Origin: Erysipelotrichaceae bacterium
GTDB lineage: Bacteria; Bacillota_I; Bacilli_A; Erysipelotrichales; Erysipelotrichaceae
Reading direction: 5' to 3'
Assembly (NCBI GenBank): GCA_017431825.1
Contig: JAFRKI010000002.1
Span: forward strand, 155,863-219,862
Length of the DNA stretch: 64,000 nucleotides
Within the stretch, counting starts at the first letter, position 1, and every line of letters starts with the position of its first letter. Below are positions 54,183-62,343 of the stretch, piece by piece. The position numbers and the translations under genes are program-made. Below the pieces are notes generated by a model. The model saw nothing but the letters and a program-made list of their open reading frames with translations. It was not told the DNA's origin and searched no databases.

Positions 54183-55169
54183 CTATATCCTTTCGAGATA
54201 TACTCTGTCTTCTTCCTGTTTCCAGTCAAGACCGTTTTCCTTTAAAAGCTCCTTCATGGCTTCAACGGTCGGACAATGGATGCCGGTGCCCGGTGTCATC
54301 GTCTTGACGGCTCCGGCCGCATTGGCGACGTTCATATAGGAATCGACGTCCCAGTCATGAAGATATCCGTACATGACCGCCGCAAAGAAGGAATCCCCGG
54401 CCCCCATCGTGTCGATCTTAGGGACCTTAAAGCCAGGATACCACTTCCCGTTTCTTTCTTTGTCTATCACGAAGCAGCCTCTGGCTCCGGCCTTTACGAT
54501 GACGATACCCTTCGTCTTTTCCGCCATCTTCCGGGCGGCTTCTTCCTCATCCTTTATTCCGGTATAGATCTCGGCTTCCTCATTGTTGAAGCAGACGATG
54601 TCGCTGAGTTCCATTATCTCTGCCATTATTTCAGGATCGATGTTGCCAACGACCGGTCCCGGATCAAAGAATAAGGACTTGCCCTGTTTATGGAATTCCC
54701 GGTATGCATACATGCAGTCCCGGATCATCGGCAGATCTTTATCCCCGTGCATGCTGTAACCGGACATATAGAAGGCCCTGCATTCCTTTATGAAACCGTC
54801 AAGCAGCTTCCGGTCAACATAATCGGCCGTAGGCAAAGTAGCCGCAAAGGTATGATGTCCGGCCTTGTCGATAAGACAGTTGGAGACCTGGGTTTCAAAA
54901 CCTTCCTTAACGATCAGACCTTTAGTCTCTATGCCCAGCTTCTCATAGGTCCTTTTCATCCATTCGCCGTAGATATCATCGCCGATCGGACAGTAAGGCA
55001 GGCATTTGCCTCCCAGTCTTTCATAGACCACGAAAACGTTTCCGGATCCTCCGGGCTGCCATTCGATGTTGCCGATACGGATATAGGTATCTCCTTCGAT
55101 AGGAAAAAGTCCGTCTATCCTTTGAACGACGTCTACGGGTAAACAGGTCATATCCAGCAGGTCATACAT
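54183..55169 (-). CDS. PfkB-family kinase (first gene of the locus)
   Basis: 328 aa. PfkB signature KIDTMGAGDSFFAAV and GG dipeptide QPGGSGNV. Confidence 0.75.
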   Translation of the reverse strand: MYDLLDMTCLPVDVVQRIDGLFPIEGDTYIRIGNIEWQPGGSGNVFVVYERLGGKCLPYCPIGDDIYGEWMKRTYEKLGIETKGLIVKEGFETQVSNCLIDKAGHHTFAATLPTADYVDRKLLDGFIKECRAFYMSGYSMHGDKDLPMIRDCMYAYREFHKQGKSLFFDPGPVVGNIDPEIMAEIMELSDIVCFNNEEAEIYTGIKDEEEAARKMAEKTKGIVIVKAGARGCFVIDKERNGKWYPGFKVPKIDTMGAGDSFFAAVMYGYLHDWDVDSYMNVANAAGAVKTMTPGTGIHCPTVEAMKELLKENGLDWKQEEDRVYLERI

Positions 55170-55259
55170 GTCTTGTTCCTCTTTTCTTAATTTATAAAAA
55201 AAGGACGATTCTCATTAAAATAAGTAAAGTCCCGTTTTCTTATCATCTTTAGTTCAGAC

Positions 55260-55472
55260 TCATTGTCCCATCGACTTCATGATGGCTCTTACCTGGGCCT
55301 CAGAAGGCTTTCTGCCCATCTGGGCATACAGGGATCTGATCATCTTGGCGTTGATCGGAGGATTCTCCCTTAACTGCTTCTCATAAACGTGCCTTGTGAT
55401 CAGGAAACCGGCGGCACCGCCGACGAGAATTCCGACTACCAGATATAATACTGAACTCCAAACACTTGACAT
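55260..55472 (-). CDS. yneF: UPF0154 family small membrane protein
   Basis: 70 aa. An N-terminal TM segment followed by ..NPPINAKMIRSLYAQMGRKPSEAQV.., typical of YneF. Confidence 0.8.
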   Translation of the reverse strand: MSSVWSSVLYLVVGILVGGAAGFLITRHVYEKQLRENPPINAKMIRSLYAQMGRKPSEAQVRAIMKSMGQ

Positions 55473-55519
55473 ATTAATTCACCTCGCTACTATTCTAACT
55501 TATCTAAAGTAAATTGTCT

Positions 55520-55640
55520 AACGGACCTGATGAGGAAAATTTCCTGATGCGCCAATCAGGTGGGTCAGCTACATATGCCTTCAGGATCCCTGGTCAGGCC
55601 AGGCTTTCAACACCGGCATACGACGCGCATAAGACCCGTA
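55520..55640. other. Structured, locally GC-rich intergenic element (candidate sRNA or 5'-UTR element; family and strand unassigned)
   Basis: Nested complementary segments: GGGTC (55562-55566) / GACCC (55633-55637); TATGCC (55574-55579) / GGCATA (55615-55620); CCTGG (55589-55593) / CCAGG (55599-55603). There is also a hairpin CCTGAT / ATCAGG (55543-55560). The 245-bp gap is otherwise unexplained. Confidence 0.3.
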
Positions 55641-55717
55641 TAAATAATGTAGGAATTTAACAACTCACCAGGCACTTATATTATCTTATAGAAATGCCGT
55701 CATTTAAAGTCTTGACA

Positions 55718-56269
55718 TTATTCGCAAAACGGAGTAAGCATCTTACGGTATACTGCCTTGAGCTCATTGATGTCGTTTTCGTCGTAGTCGCTGCCGGTCC
55801 AGGTAGTGCCTACCTGATAGGACGTAATGATGCCGTCTACTACCGTAAAGACTTCCGGAGTCTGTATCTCCTTGCCTTCATCTCCTTCATTGAGCGTCGT
55901 ATATAAAAGATCGAAGAGGATGTCGTAATTATCGGTACCCAGTATCGGATATTCATCGGACATTGCATCGATGTAGTAGATAGTAACACCCAGTTCTTCC
56001 GCTACCGCATTGAGATACTGCATCGCCATCTGACAGTGATTGCAGCCCGTCCTGCTCAAGACGAAGACGCCGTAGCCCTTCTCATTTACCGTTCTTTCAA
56101 GTTCCCTGACAGTCGTGCCCTTGAACATATGCTTCGTTGAACTGAGACCTTCATAGCCGGACATATCGCAGGCATAGGTCTCCAGCTCAAAAGGCTTGCT
56201 CATATCGGGCTTTTTATTGCAGGCACTGAGGCACAGTAAAAGGATCAGCAGGCAGATTATCTTTTTCAC
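55718..56269 (-). CDS. Thioredoxin-fold lipoprotein with a CxxC motif
   Basis: 183 aa. Lipobox LSAC and redox motif GCNHC. Overlaps the upstream kinase gene by 4 nt. Confidence 0.6.
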   Translation of the reverse strand: MKKIICLLILLLCLSACNKKPDMSKPFELETYACDMSGYEGLSSTKHMFKGTTVRELERTVNEKGYGVFVLSRTGCNHCQMAMQYLNAVAEELGVTIYYIDAMSDEYPILGTDNYDILFDLLYTTLNEGDEGKEIQTPEVFTVVDGIITSYQVGTTWTGSDYDENDINELKAVYRKMLTPFCE

Positions 56270-57165
56270 TTGTATTCGAACCTCTCGGCTTTGAGTTCTT
56301 TATAGTTCTTATGGATGAGATCCATGTCGGCGGTCCTTTCCAGCAGATTGGTAGATATCGTTACCGCATTGGCGCTTAGGAAGGCTTCTTCCGGTGATGC
56401 CGCCTTAAGGCTGGCCCACAGGAATCCGGCTATCATGGAATCGTTGGTACCGATAAGAGACTGCGGATTCTTATCGGAGATATCACATTTGTAGTAGCAG
56501 TCTTTGGTACACATGATCGAAGGCATGTAGTGAGCCGAATACATGAAGTATTTTGCGCCCTGGTCGATGTATCTCTTTCCGACTTTTACCACTTCATCGA
56601 GGTCCTTGCCGATGACGAAATAAGTCATCTTGATCAGGAACGGCTTATATGGAGCCAGACGTTCGATAATGTCATAATCGGTATCCAAAATGACCTTATG
56701 TCCGCTTTCCATGAGCTTTATCATAGTCTCAACGACTTTTTCCTTAAGATCTTCCTGAACGTTGCCGCTGAGTACGACATAATCGTTTTCAAAGATATAA
56801 TCGAAACGCTTCAGGAACCTTTCGAATTCCTCATCGGTGATGTCCGGTCCCTTGGCGTTAAGGGAAGTCTCTTCACCGGCATCGATCTTGACGTTTATTC
56901 GGGTACTGCCCTTGATCGGCGTGAATAAAGGCTGGATGTGCTCATAGCCGGCCAGGATATCGAGGTAATAATCCTTATTGTAGCCGCCCAGGAAGCCCAA
57001 AGCAGTAGAGTTTATGCCCAAATTATTAAGGAATTTTGATACGTTGACGCCCTTTCCGGCCGCATCAAAGGTCTCGCCTTTGGATCTGTTAAGTACGCCG
57101 ACATTGAGTTCATCGATCTTGAGATAATAATCCAGTGAAGGATTGGTTGTAATCGTATAAATCAT
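56266..57165 (-). CDS. 1-phosphofructokinase/tagatose-6-P-kinase-like PfkB kinase (divergent signature)
   Basis: 299 aa. N-terminus MIYTITTNPSLDYY..., AAGKGVNVS. The second PfkB signature reads GTNDS instead of GAGDS. Confidence 0.6.
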   Translation of the reverse strand: MIYTITTNPSLDYYLKIDELNVGVLNRSKGETFDAAGKGVNVSKFLNNLGINSTALGFLGGYNKDYYLDILAGYEHIQPLFTPIKGSTRINVKIDAGEETSLNAKGPDITDEEFERFLKRFDYIFENDYVVLSGNVQEDLKEKVVETMIKLMESGHKVILDTDYDIIERLAPYKPFLIKMTYFVIGKDLDEVVKVGKRYIDQGAKYFMYSAHYMPSIMCTKDCYYKCDISDKNPQSLIGTNDSMIAGFLWASLKAASPEEAFLSANAVTISTNLLERTADMDLIHKNYKELKAERFEYK

Positions 57166-57179
57166 ATAATTATTATATA

Positions 57180-58601
57180 ATGTCTGTTGTGAAATTAAGT
57201 CAGATTTTTAAAGATTATAAGGGTGAAGATATCAACATCAGAGGTCTGTCAGTCAACTCCAAGACAGTGGAAGAAGGAGACCTTTTTATCTGCATGAAAG
57301 GCGTAAATGTCGACCGTCATGACTTCATCGATGAAGCCGTAAATAACGGTGCTGCAGCTCTGGTGACGTCAAAAGATGTCGATACGAGCGTACCTTATGT
57401 GAAGGTGGATGATGTCAATGCGGTCTTAAGAGACATCTATGAAGCCTTCTACGATCATCCTGAGAAAAAACTGACATTAATAGGCGTTACGGGAACCGAC
57501 GGCAAGACTTCAACTACCAGCATCATTCAGAAGCTTTTAGGCGACGATGTCTGCGGCTATATCGGTACCAACGGTTATTCCTGCAGGACTATAAAGGGCG
57601 AGACCGACAATACCACTCCGGGCATTGAATCCCTTTACAGGATACTGGACGAGTTCGTAAAGGCGGGATGCAGGTATGTAGCCATGGAAGCCTCTTCCGA
57701 GGCCTTCTTCTATAAACGTTTAAAAGGAATAGAGTTCACCGTCGGTGCCCTGACCAACGTCGACAAGGAACACCTCAATACCCATAAGACCCTGGAAAAC
57801 TACATCGACTGCAAGAAGCAGCTCTTCAGACAGTCAAAGACTTCCGTCCTTAACAGCAATGATAAACACTACGAAGAGTTTAAGGAACTGTGTCCTGACG
57901 CTCTTTCCTATGGCTACAAAGAAGACGATGATCTTTATATCAGAGACTATAAGATTAGCCCCGCAAAGACCGATATCACCTATGTCTATAAAGGAAAGGA
58001 CTACAGTATCACATCACCGCTTTTGGGCCAGTTCAATATCGAGAATCTGGCTGCTGCCCTGCTTAGCTGTCTGGCCCTGGGTAAGGCAATGGAAGAGCTC
58101 ATTCCTAACATATCAGAGTTATCAATAGATGGCAGGATGTCATCCATAAACATGGGACAGGACTTCTACGTCCTGGTCGACTATGCCCATACGCCAAACG
58201 GTCTTGAAAGGCTCTTCAGTTTTACCAATAAACTCGATGTCGGCAGAAAGATCGTCGTTACCGGCAACGCCGGTGAAAGAGATGCCTCTAAGAGAAAGTT
58301 CGTCGGCAAGCTCTGCGTCGAAAACAACGATCACGTCATTTTTACCTATGAGGATCCGCGATTCGAAGATCCGTACAATATCGTAAAGGACCTTACCGAA
58401 CTGGTAAAAGACCGGGACAATTACGAAACGGTCATCGACCGTCATGAAGCCATCGAAAAAGCCATCATGATGGCCGAACCAAATGATCTCATCATGATAC
58501 TGGGCAAAGGCAATGAAGACTGGGAAGAAGTCAAAGGTGAATTCCTGGACTTCAATGATGAAGAAGAAGCCCGTAGGGCTATAAAGAAAAAACTGGGATG
58601 A
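57180..58601 (+). CDS. murE: UDP-N-acetylmuramoyl-L-alanyl-D-glutamate ligase (adds the third residue)
   Basis: 473 aa. GVTGTDGKTST P-loop and Mur ligase middle and C domains. The motif EDPR sits near the position of DNPR, so amino-acid specificity is not decided. Confidence 0.8.
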   Translation: MSVVKLSQIFKDYKGEDINIRGLSVNSKTVEEGDLFICMKGVNVDRHDFIDEAVNNGAAALVTSKDVDTSVPYVKVDDVNAVLRDIYEAFYDHPEKKLTLIGVTGTDGKTSTTSIIQKLLGDDVCGYIGTNGYSCRTIKGETDNTTPGIESLYRILDEFVKAGCRYVAMEASSEAFFYKRLKGIEFTVGALTNVDKEHLNTHKTLENYIDCKKQLFRQSKTSVLNSNDKHYEEFKELCPDALSYGYKEDDDLYIRDYKISPAKTDITYVYKGKDYSITSPLLGQFNIENLAAALLSCLALGKAMEELIPNISELSIDGRMSSINMGQDFYVLVDYAHTPNGLERLFSFTNKLDVGRKIVVTGNAGERDASKRKFVGKLCVENNDHVIFTYEDPRFEDPYNIVKDLTELVKDRDNYETVIDRHEAIEKAIMMAEPNDLIMILGKGNEDWEEVKGEFLDFNDEEEARRAIKKKLG

Positions 58602-58611
58602 CCCAGTTTTT
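58587..58611. terminator. Bidirectional terminator between convergent murE and pheT
   Basis: CTGGG (58593-58597) / CCCAG (58602-58606) flanked by AAAAAA and TTTTT. It contains the murE stop. Confidence 0.6.
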
Positions 58612-58612
58612 A

Positions 58613-61009
58613 TTATCTCTGACTGGCGTTGTACTGCTTATTCAGTTCTGCCAGTATCTTTTCGTGATGTTCGTTGATGTCTTCGACCTTAAGGGTCCTG
58701 TTAGGATCTTCATAGACGATCGAAAGGGATACTGATTTCTGGCCTTTTTCGATGTGTTCGCCTTTATAGACATCGAATACTTCAACGCTCTTTACGAGTG
58801 ATCCGCCGGCTTTCTTGCAGACCTTTATCAGATCATCGGCCTTGACATCATCGCTCAGGGTGATGGAGATATCTCTGGAGATCGAAGGATATCTGCTTAC
58901 CTGCGGTGCTTTTACTTTGCCTGGATTTTTATCCAGCAGCTTATCCAGCATCAGTTCACAGTAATAAACGTCCTTAAGCTTAAGGGTATTAAGGTATCGA
59001 GGATGAAGCTTGCCCATGATGCCTACCGTTTCATTATTGATGACGATGAGCACCGACTGATAAGGATGGAAATGCTCCGTATCAAGATCGTTCTCCTTGA
59101 GCATCACTCTCTTGCCTTCATATCCGAGATTATCCAGCAGTTCCAGCACGATGCCCTTCAATACATAGAAATCGGTCTTTAAGGCATTATGAAGTACCTT
59201 ATACTGGCTGAGGTAGCCGTACATTGCCATTCCCAGCCTTTCGCCTTCAACGTCCTTTCCGTATACGGAAGAGATTTCAAATAGATTGAGGTTGGTGCTT
59301 GAGTGGTCAAGATTGTAGGACAGTGTTTCCAGCATTGAGTTCATCAGGGAATTCCTGACATACTTTCTGGCATCGCTCAGCGGTGATACCAGAGCCAGAG
59401 CTTCTCCTACCGGCAGTAAAGCCTCATCGATCTTCTTCTGATCGACCAGCGTATAGGATACGGTCTCATTGAAACCGGCATTGGTAAGCGTCTCTCTGAT
59501 ATTCCTTCTGATGCGCTGGATTGGCGATAATCTGCCGACAGTCTGCGGCATCAGAGGTAAGGTGCTCTTGAGATCATCGAAATCGGTCAGTCTGACTATC
59601 TCTTCATCGAGGTCGACAGGTATCTTCAGATCGGATGAACGGTGAGAAGGAATGCTTACCCTGAAGGTCTCGTTATCATGTTCAGTCTCGAAACCAAGTC
59701 GTTTCATTACGGAAACGGCTTCTTCCATCGTGTATTCCTTGCCGATAAGGCTGTTAAGATGCGTAAGCGTCTCTTCGATCACATAAGGCTCGTAATCAGC
59801 CTTTCCGTACTCGACTGTTTCTTCAAGATCTTTCGCATCAGCCAGTTCGATCAGAAGCTGTACAGCCCTGTCAACAGCCTTGTTCTGAGAAAGAGGTTCA
59901 AGACCCTTGGAGAATCTGGCAGCAGCTTCCGTCTGTAATCCCAAACGGTTGGATGTCCTTCTGATCTGGGCATGATCGAATAAGGCCGCTTCGATGATAA
60001 GTCCTTTAGTCGTATCGAGGATCTTGGTGTTTTCACCGCCCATGATACCGGCGATGCCGATCGGCTTGCCGTCGGACATGATCATCAGATCGCCCTTTTC
60101 GATATCGTATTCGATGCCGTCCAGTGCCATGTATTTTCCTTCATAGTCATCTCTTACTTCGATGTTCCTGTTCGGATTGGTAGCCAGATCATAGAAGTGT
60201 AAAGGCTGACCTGTTTCCAGCATGACATAGTTGGATATATCGACGAGGTTGTTTATCGCTTTGACGCCGTTGGCTCTCAAGTGCTGCTTCATCCATTCCG
60301 GAGATTCCTTGATGGTGACGTCGTTTACGACTTTGGCCACGAAATGGGTACAGTTCTTTGATGCGCTGTTAAGCGAGAAGTTGCCTTTCCTGCCGGTGTT
60401 TGCCGCACCTTCAAAATCAGGCAGTACGCACGGTCTGTCCAGGATGGCAGCAGCCTCCTTAGCCATGTAGAACATGGCGGCACAGTCCGGTCTGTTGGCA
60501 TAGATGGATACGTCAAGTATCGTATCCTCATAGCCCAGCTTGTTCAGGATATCGGTATCACCTACCTCAAATCTGTCGTCAAGCTCTTCGATTCCGTTTA
60601 AGGAAGGAGAATCTGCAGGAAGCATGTCATCGGTCAGATTAAGTTCCTTCAGTGAGCACAGCATGCCGTTGGACTTTTCGCCTCTGATCACTCCGGCCTT
60701 TATTTCGCCGCCCGGTAACTGGGCACCGACCTTGGCCACGATGACCTTCAGGCCTTCACGGCAGTTAGGTGCACCGCAGACGATATCGAGCACTTCAGAT
60801 CCGATATCGACCTTGCAGATATGCAGATGATCTGAATCAGGATGTTCCCTGCATTCGATAACTTTTCCGACTACCAGATTGGTGCCTAAACCGAGATGTT
60901 CCTCGGATTCCACTTCAAAACCGGCTTTTACCAGCTTTTCTTCTATTTCCTTTTCAGTTAATCCGTCCAGATCGACGAATTCATTAAGCCATTTTAAACT
61001 CAGTAACAT
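58613..61009 (-). CDS. pheT: Phenylalanyl-tRNA synthetase beta subunit
   Basis: 798 aa. N-terminal tRNA-binding domain, B3/B4, B5 and FDX-ACB domains, recognisable by length and motifs. Confidence 0.9.
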   Translation of the reverse strand: MLLSLKWLNEFVDLDGLTEKEIEEKLVKAGFEVESEEHLGLGTNLVVGKVIECREHPDSDHLHICKVDIGSEVLDIVCGAPNCREGLKVIVAKVGAQLPGGEIKAGVIRGEKSNGMLCSLKELNLTDDMLPADSPSLNGIEELDDRFEVGDTDILNKLGYEDTILDVSIYANRPDCAAMFYMAKEAAAILDRPCVLPDFEGAANTGRKGNFSLNSASKNCTHFVAKVVNDVTIKESPEWMKQHLRANGVKAINNLVDISNYVMLETGQPLHFYDLATNPNRNIEVRDDYEGKYMALDGIEYDIEKGDLMIMSDGKPIGIAGIMGGENTKILDTTKGLIIEAALFDHAQIRRTSNRLGLQTEAAARFSKGLEPLSQNKAVDRAVQLLIELADAKDLEETVEYGKADYEPYVIEETLTHLNSLIGKEYTMEEAVSVMKRLGFETEHDNETFRVSIPSHRSSDLKIPVDLDEEIVRLTDFDDLKSTLPLMPQTVGRLSPIQRIRRNIRETLTNAGFNETVSYTLVDQKKIDEALLPVGEALALVSPLSDARKYVRNSLMNSMLETLSYNLDHSSTNLNLFEISSVYGKDVEGERLGMAMYGYLSQYKVLHNALKTDFYVLKGIVLELLDNLGYEGKRVMLKENDLDTEHFHPYQSVLIVINNETVGIMGKLHPRYLNTLKLKDVYYCELMLDKLLDKNPGKVKAPQVSRYPSISRDISITLSDDVKADDLIKVCKKAGGSLVKSVEVFDVYKGEHIEKGQKSVSLSIVYEDPNRTLKVEDINEHHEKILAELNKQYNASQR

Positions 61010-61019
61010 GTCACACCTC

Positions 61020-62048
61020 CTATTTCTTAAATCCGCTTAAGAAACGGACGTCATTTGCGTAAAGATCACGGATATCGGTAATGCCGTATTTCAGCATGGC
61101 CAGTCTTTCGATTCCTACACCGAACGCAAAACCGGTGTACTTTTTCGAATCGATGACGGCCATTTCCAGAACGTTCGGATGGACCATGCCGCTGCCCAGG
61201 ATCTCGATCCAGCCGGTACCCTTGCAGGTCCCACAGCCCTTGCCGCCGCAGATATGACAGGTCATATCCACTTCAAAGCTAGGTTCGGTAAACGGGAAGT
61301 AAGAAGGCCTGAACCTGATCTTTGCATCTCTCTTGAAGAGTTCCATGATCATCAGCTCGAGCGTCCCTTTGAGATCGGCTACCGTGATGTTTTCACCGAT
61401 GACCAGTCCTTCACACTGGACGAACTGATGAGAATGGGTCGCATCGTCATCGTCTCTTCTGTAGACCTTGCCCGGACAGATGACCTTGATCGGCAGGTTA
61501 TTGGCTTCTTTCTCCAATACCCGCATCTGAATGGCCGTGGTCTGGGACCTTAAAAGATGATTGACGTCGATATAGAAGGTATCCTGCATGTCTCTGGCCG
61601 GATGTCCTTCCGGAGTATTGGCTCTGGTGAAGTTGTATTCATCGAGCTCCACTTCCGGACCTTCTGCCACGTTATAGCCCATGCCGATAAAGACGTCTTC
61701 CAGCTCCTTCTGCACCAGTGTCAAAGGATGCAGGGAACCGGCCTTTGGCGTATAGGCATCTAAAGTCAGGTCGATCCTGTCGTTTTCCAGTTCCGCATCA
61801 AGGGAAGCACTGTCAAGCATCTGCTTCTTTTCTTCGATCGCTTCCGTTACGCTGTTCTTCAGATCATTTACCAGCTGTCCGAACTTCGGCTTTTCCTCAG
61901 GACTCAGATTACGCATTTCTGCCATCAGTCCCTGGATCTTTCCTTTCTTGGAAAGGTACTCAAGTCTCAGTTCTTCAAGAACCTTGGAGTCCTTTGCCTC
62001 TTCTATGGCTTTTAAAGCCGCTTCTTTAAGGGTTTTAAGATCATCCAT
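61020..62048 (-). CDS. pheS: Phenylalanyl-tRNA synthetase alpha subunit
   Basis: 342 aa. Class II motifs (..HPARDMQDTFY.., ..FRPSYFPFTEPS.., ..GFAFGVGIERLAM). Confidence 0.92.
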   Translation of the reverse strand: MDDLKTLKEAALKAIEEAKDSKVLEELRLEYLSKKGKIQGLMAEMRNLSPEEKPKFGQLVNDLKNSVTEAIEEKKQMLDSASLDAELENDRIDLTLDAYTPKAGSLHPLTLVQKELEDVFIGMGYNVAEGPEVELDEYNFTRANTPEGHPARDMQDTFYIDVNHLLRSQTTAIQMRVLEKEANNLPIKVICPGKVYRRDDDDATHSHQFVQCEGLVIGENITVADLKGTLELMIMELFKRDAKIRFRPSYFPFTEPSFEVDMTCHICGGKGCGTCKGTGWIEILGSGMVHPNVLEMAVIDSKKYTGFAFGVGIERLAMLKYGITDIRDLYANDVRFLSGFKK

Positions 62049-62288
62049 AAGATTACTCCTTTACATAAAAAAACCGCGATATAGGAACGAAGATCGCGGT
62101 ACCATCCTAATTCAGTAATAAATACTGCACTTTATAACTATAACGCGTTACCGGACATGATTGGTGTCACTATAAGGATGAATTCACTTATCTGCTCATA
62201 CAGGGCTTGCACCGTATCCCTGCTCGCTTCATGGACTTAAGATAAGCTACTGCTTCCTTTTTAATCGCTTTACTTAAGTATTGTAGCA
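62049..62288 (-). promoter_or_regulatory. T-box leader (candidate Phe specifier UUC) with promoter
   Basis: T-box AGGATGGTACCGCG (62095-62107). Terminator ATCGCGG (62093-62099) / CCGCGAT (62074-62080) followed by TTTTTTT. Candidate specifier TTC-A at 62180-62182. Extended -10 TGCTACAAT at 62280-62288. Confidence 0.85.
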
Positions 62289-62310
62289 CATTTAATCATT
62301 CAGGAATAAT

Positions 62311-62334
62311 AAAAAGGCTGATATTCATCAGCCC
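62311..62334 (-). terminator. Terminator after rplA
   Basis: GGCTGAT / ATCAGCC 7-bp stem (62316-62333), followed on the minus strand by TTTTT. Confidence 0.8.
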
Positions 62335-62343
62335 TTTTATTTA

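Noticed and set aside
55520-55640. The structured intergenic element as SRP (4.5S/scRNA) RNA or a TPP riboswitch.
   Set aside because: It has partial resemblances (GGUCAGG.., AUGUAGCUG.., ACCUGAU). However, the invariant SRP domain IV features (a GNRA tetraloop with AGCA) and the TPP CUGAGA / pyrimidine-sensor helix are absent, and yneF is not a thiamine gene.
56266-57165. The third PfkB kinase as part of the ARH locus.
   Set aside because: It is separated from the locus by yneF, a 245-bp structured gap and a lipoprotein gene. It belongs to the FruK/LacC subfamily rather than the ribokinase-like kinases in the locus.
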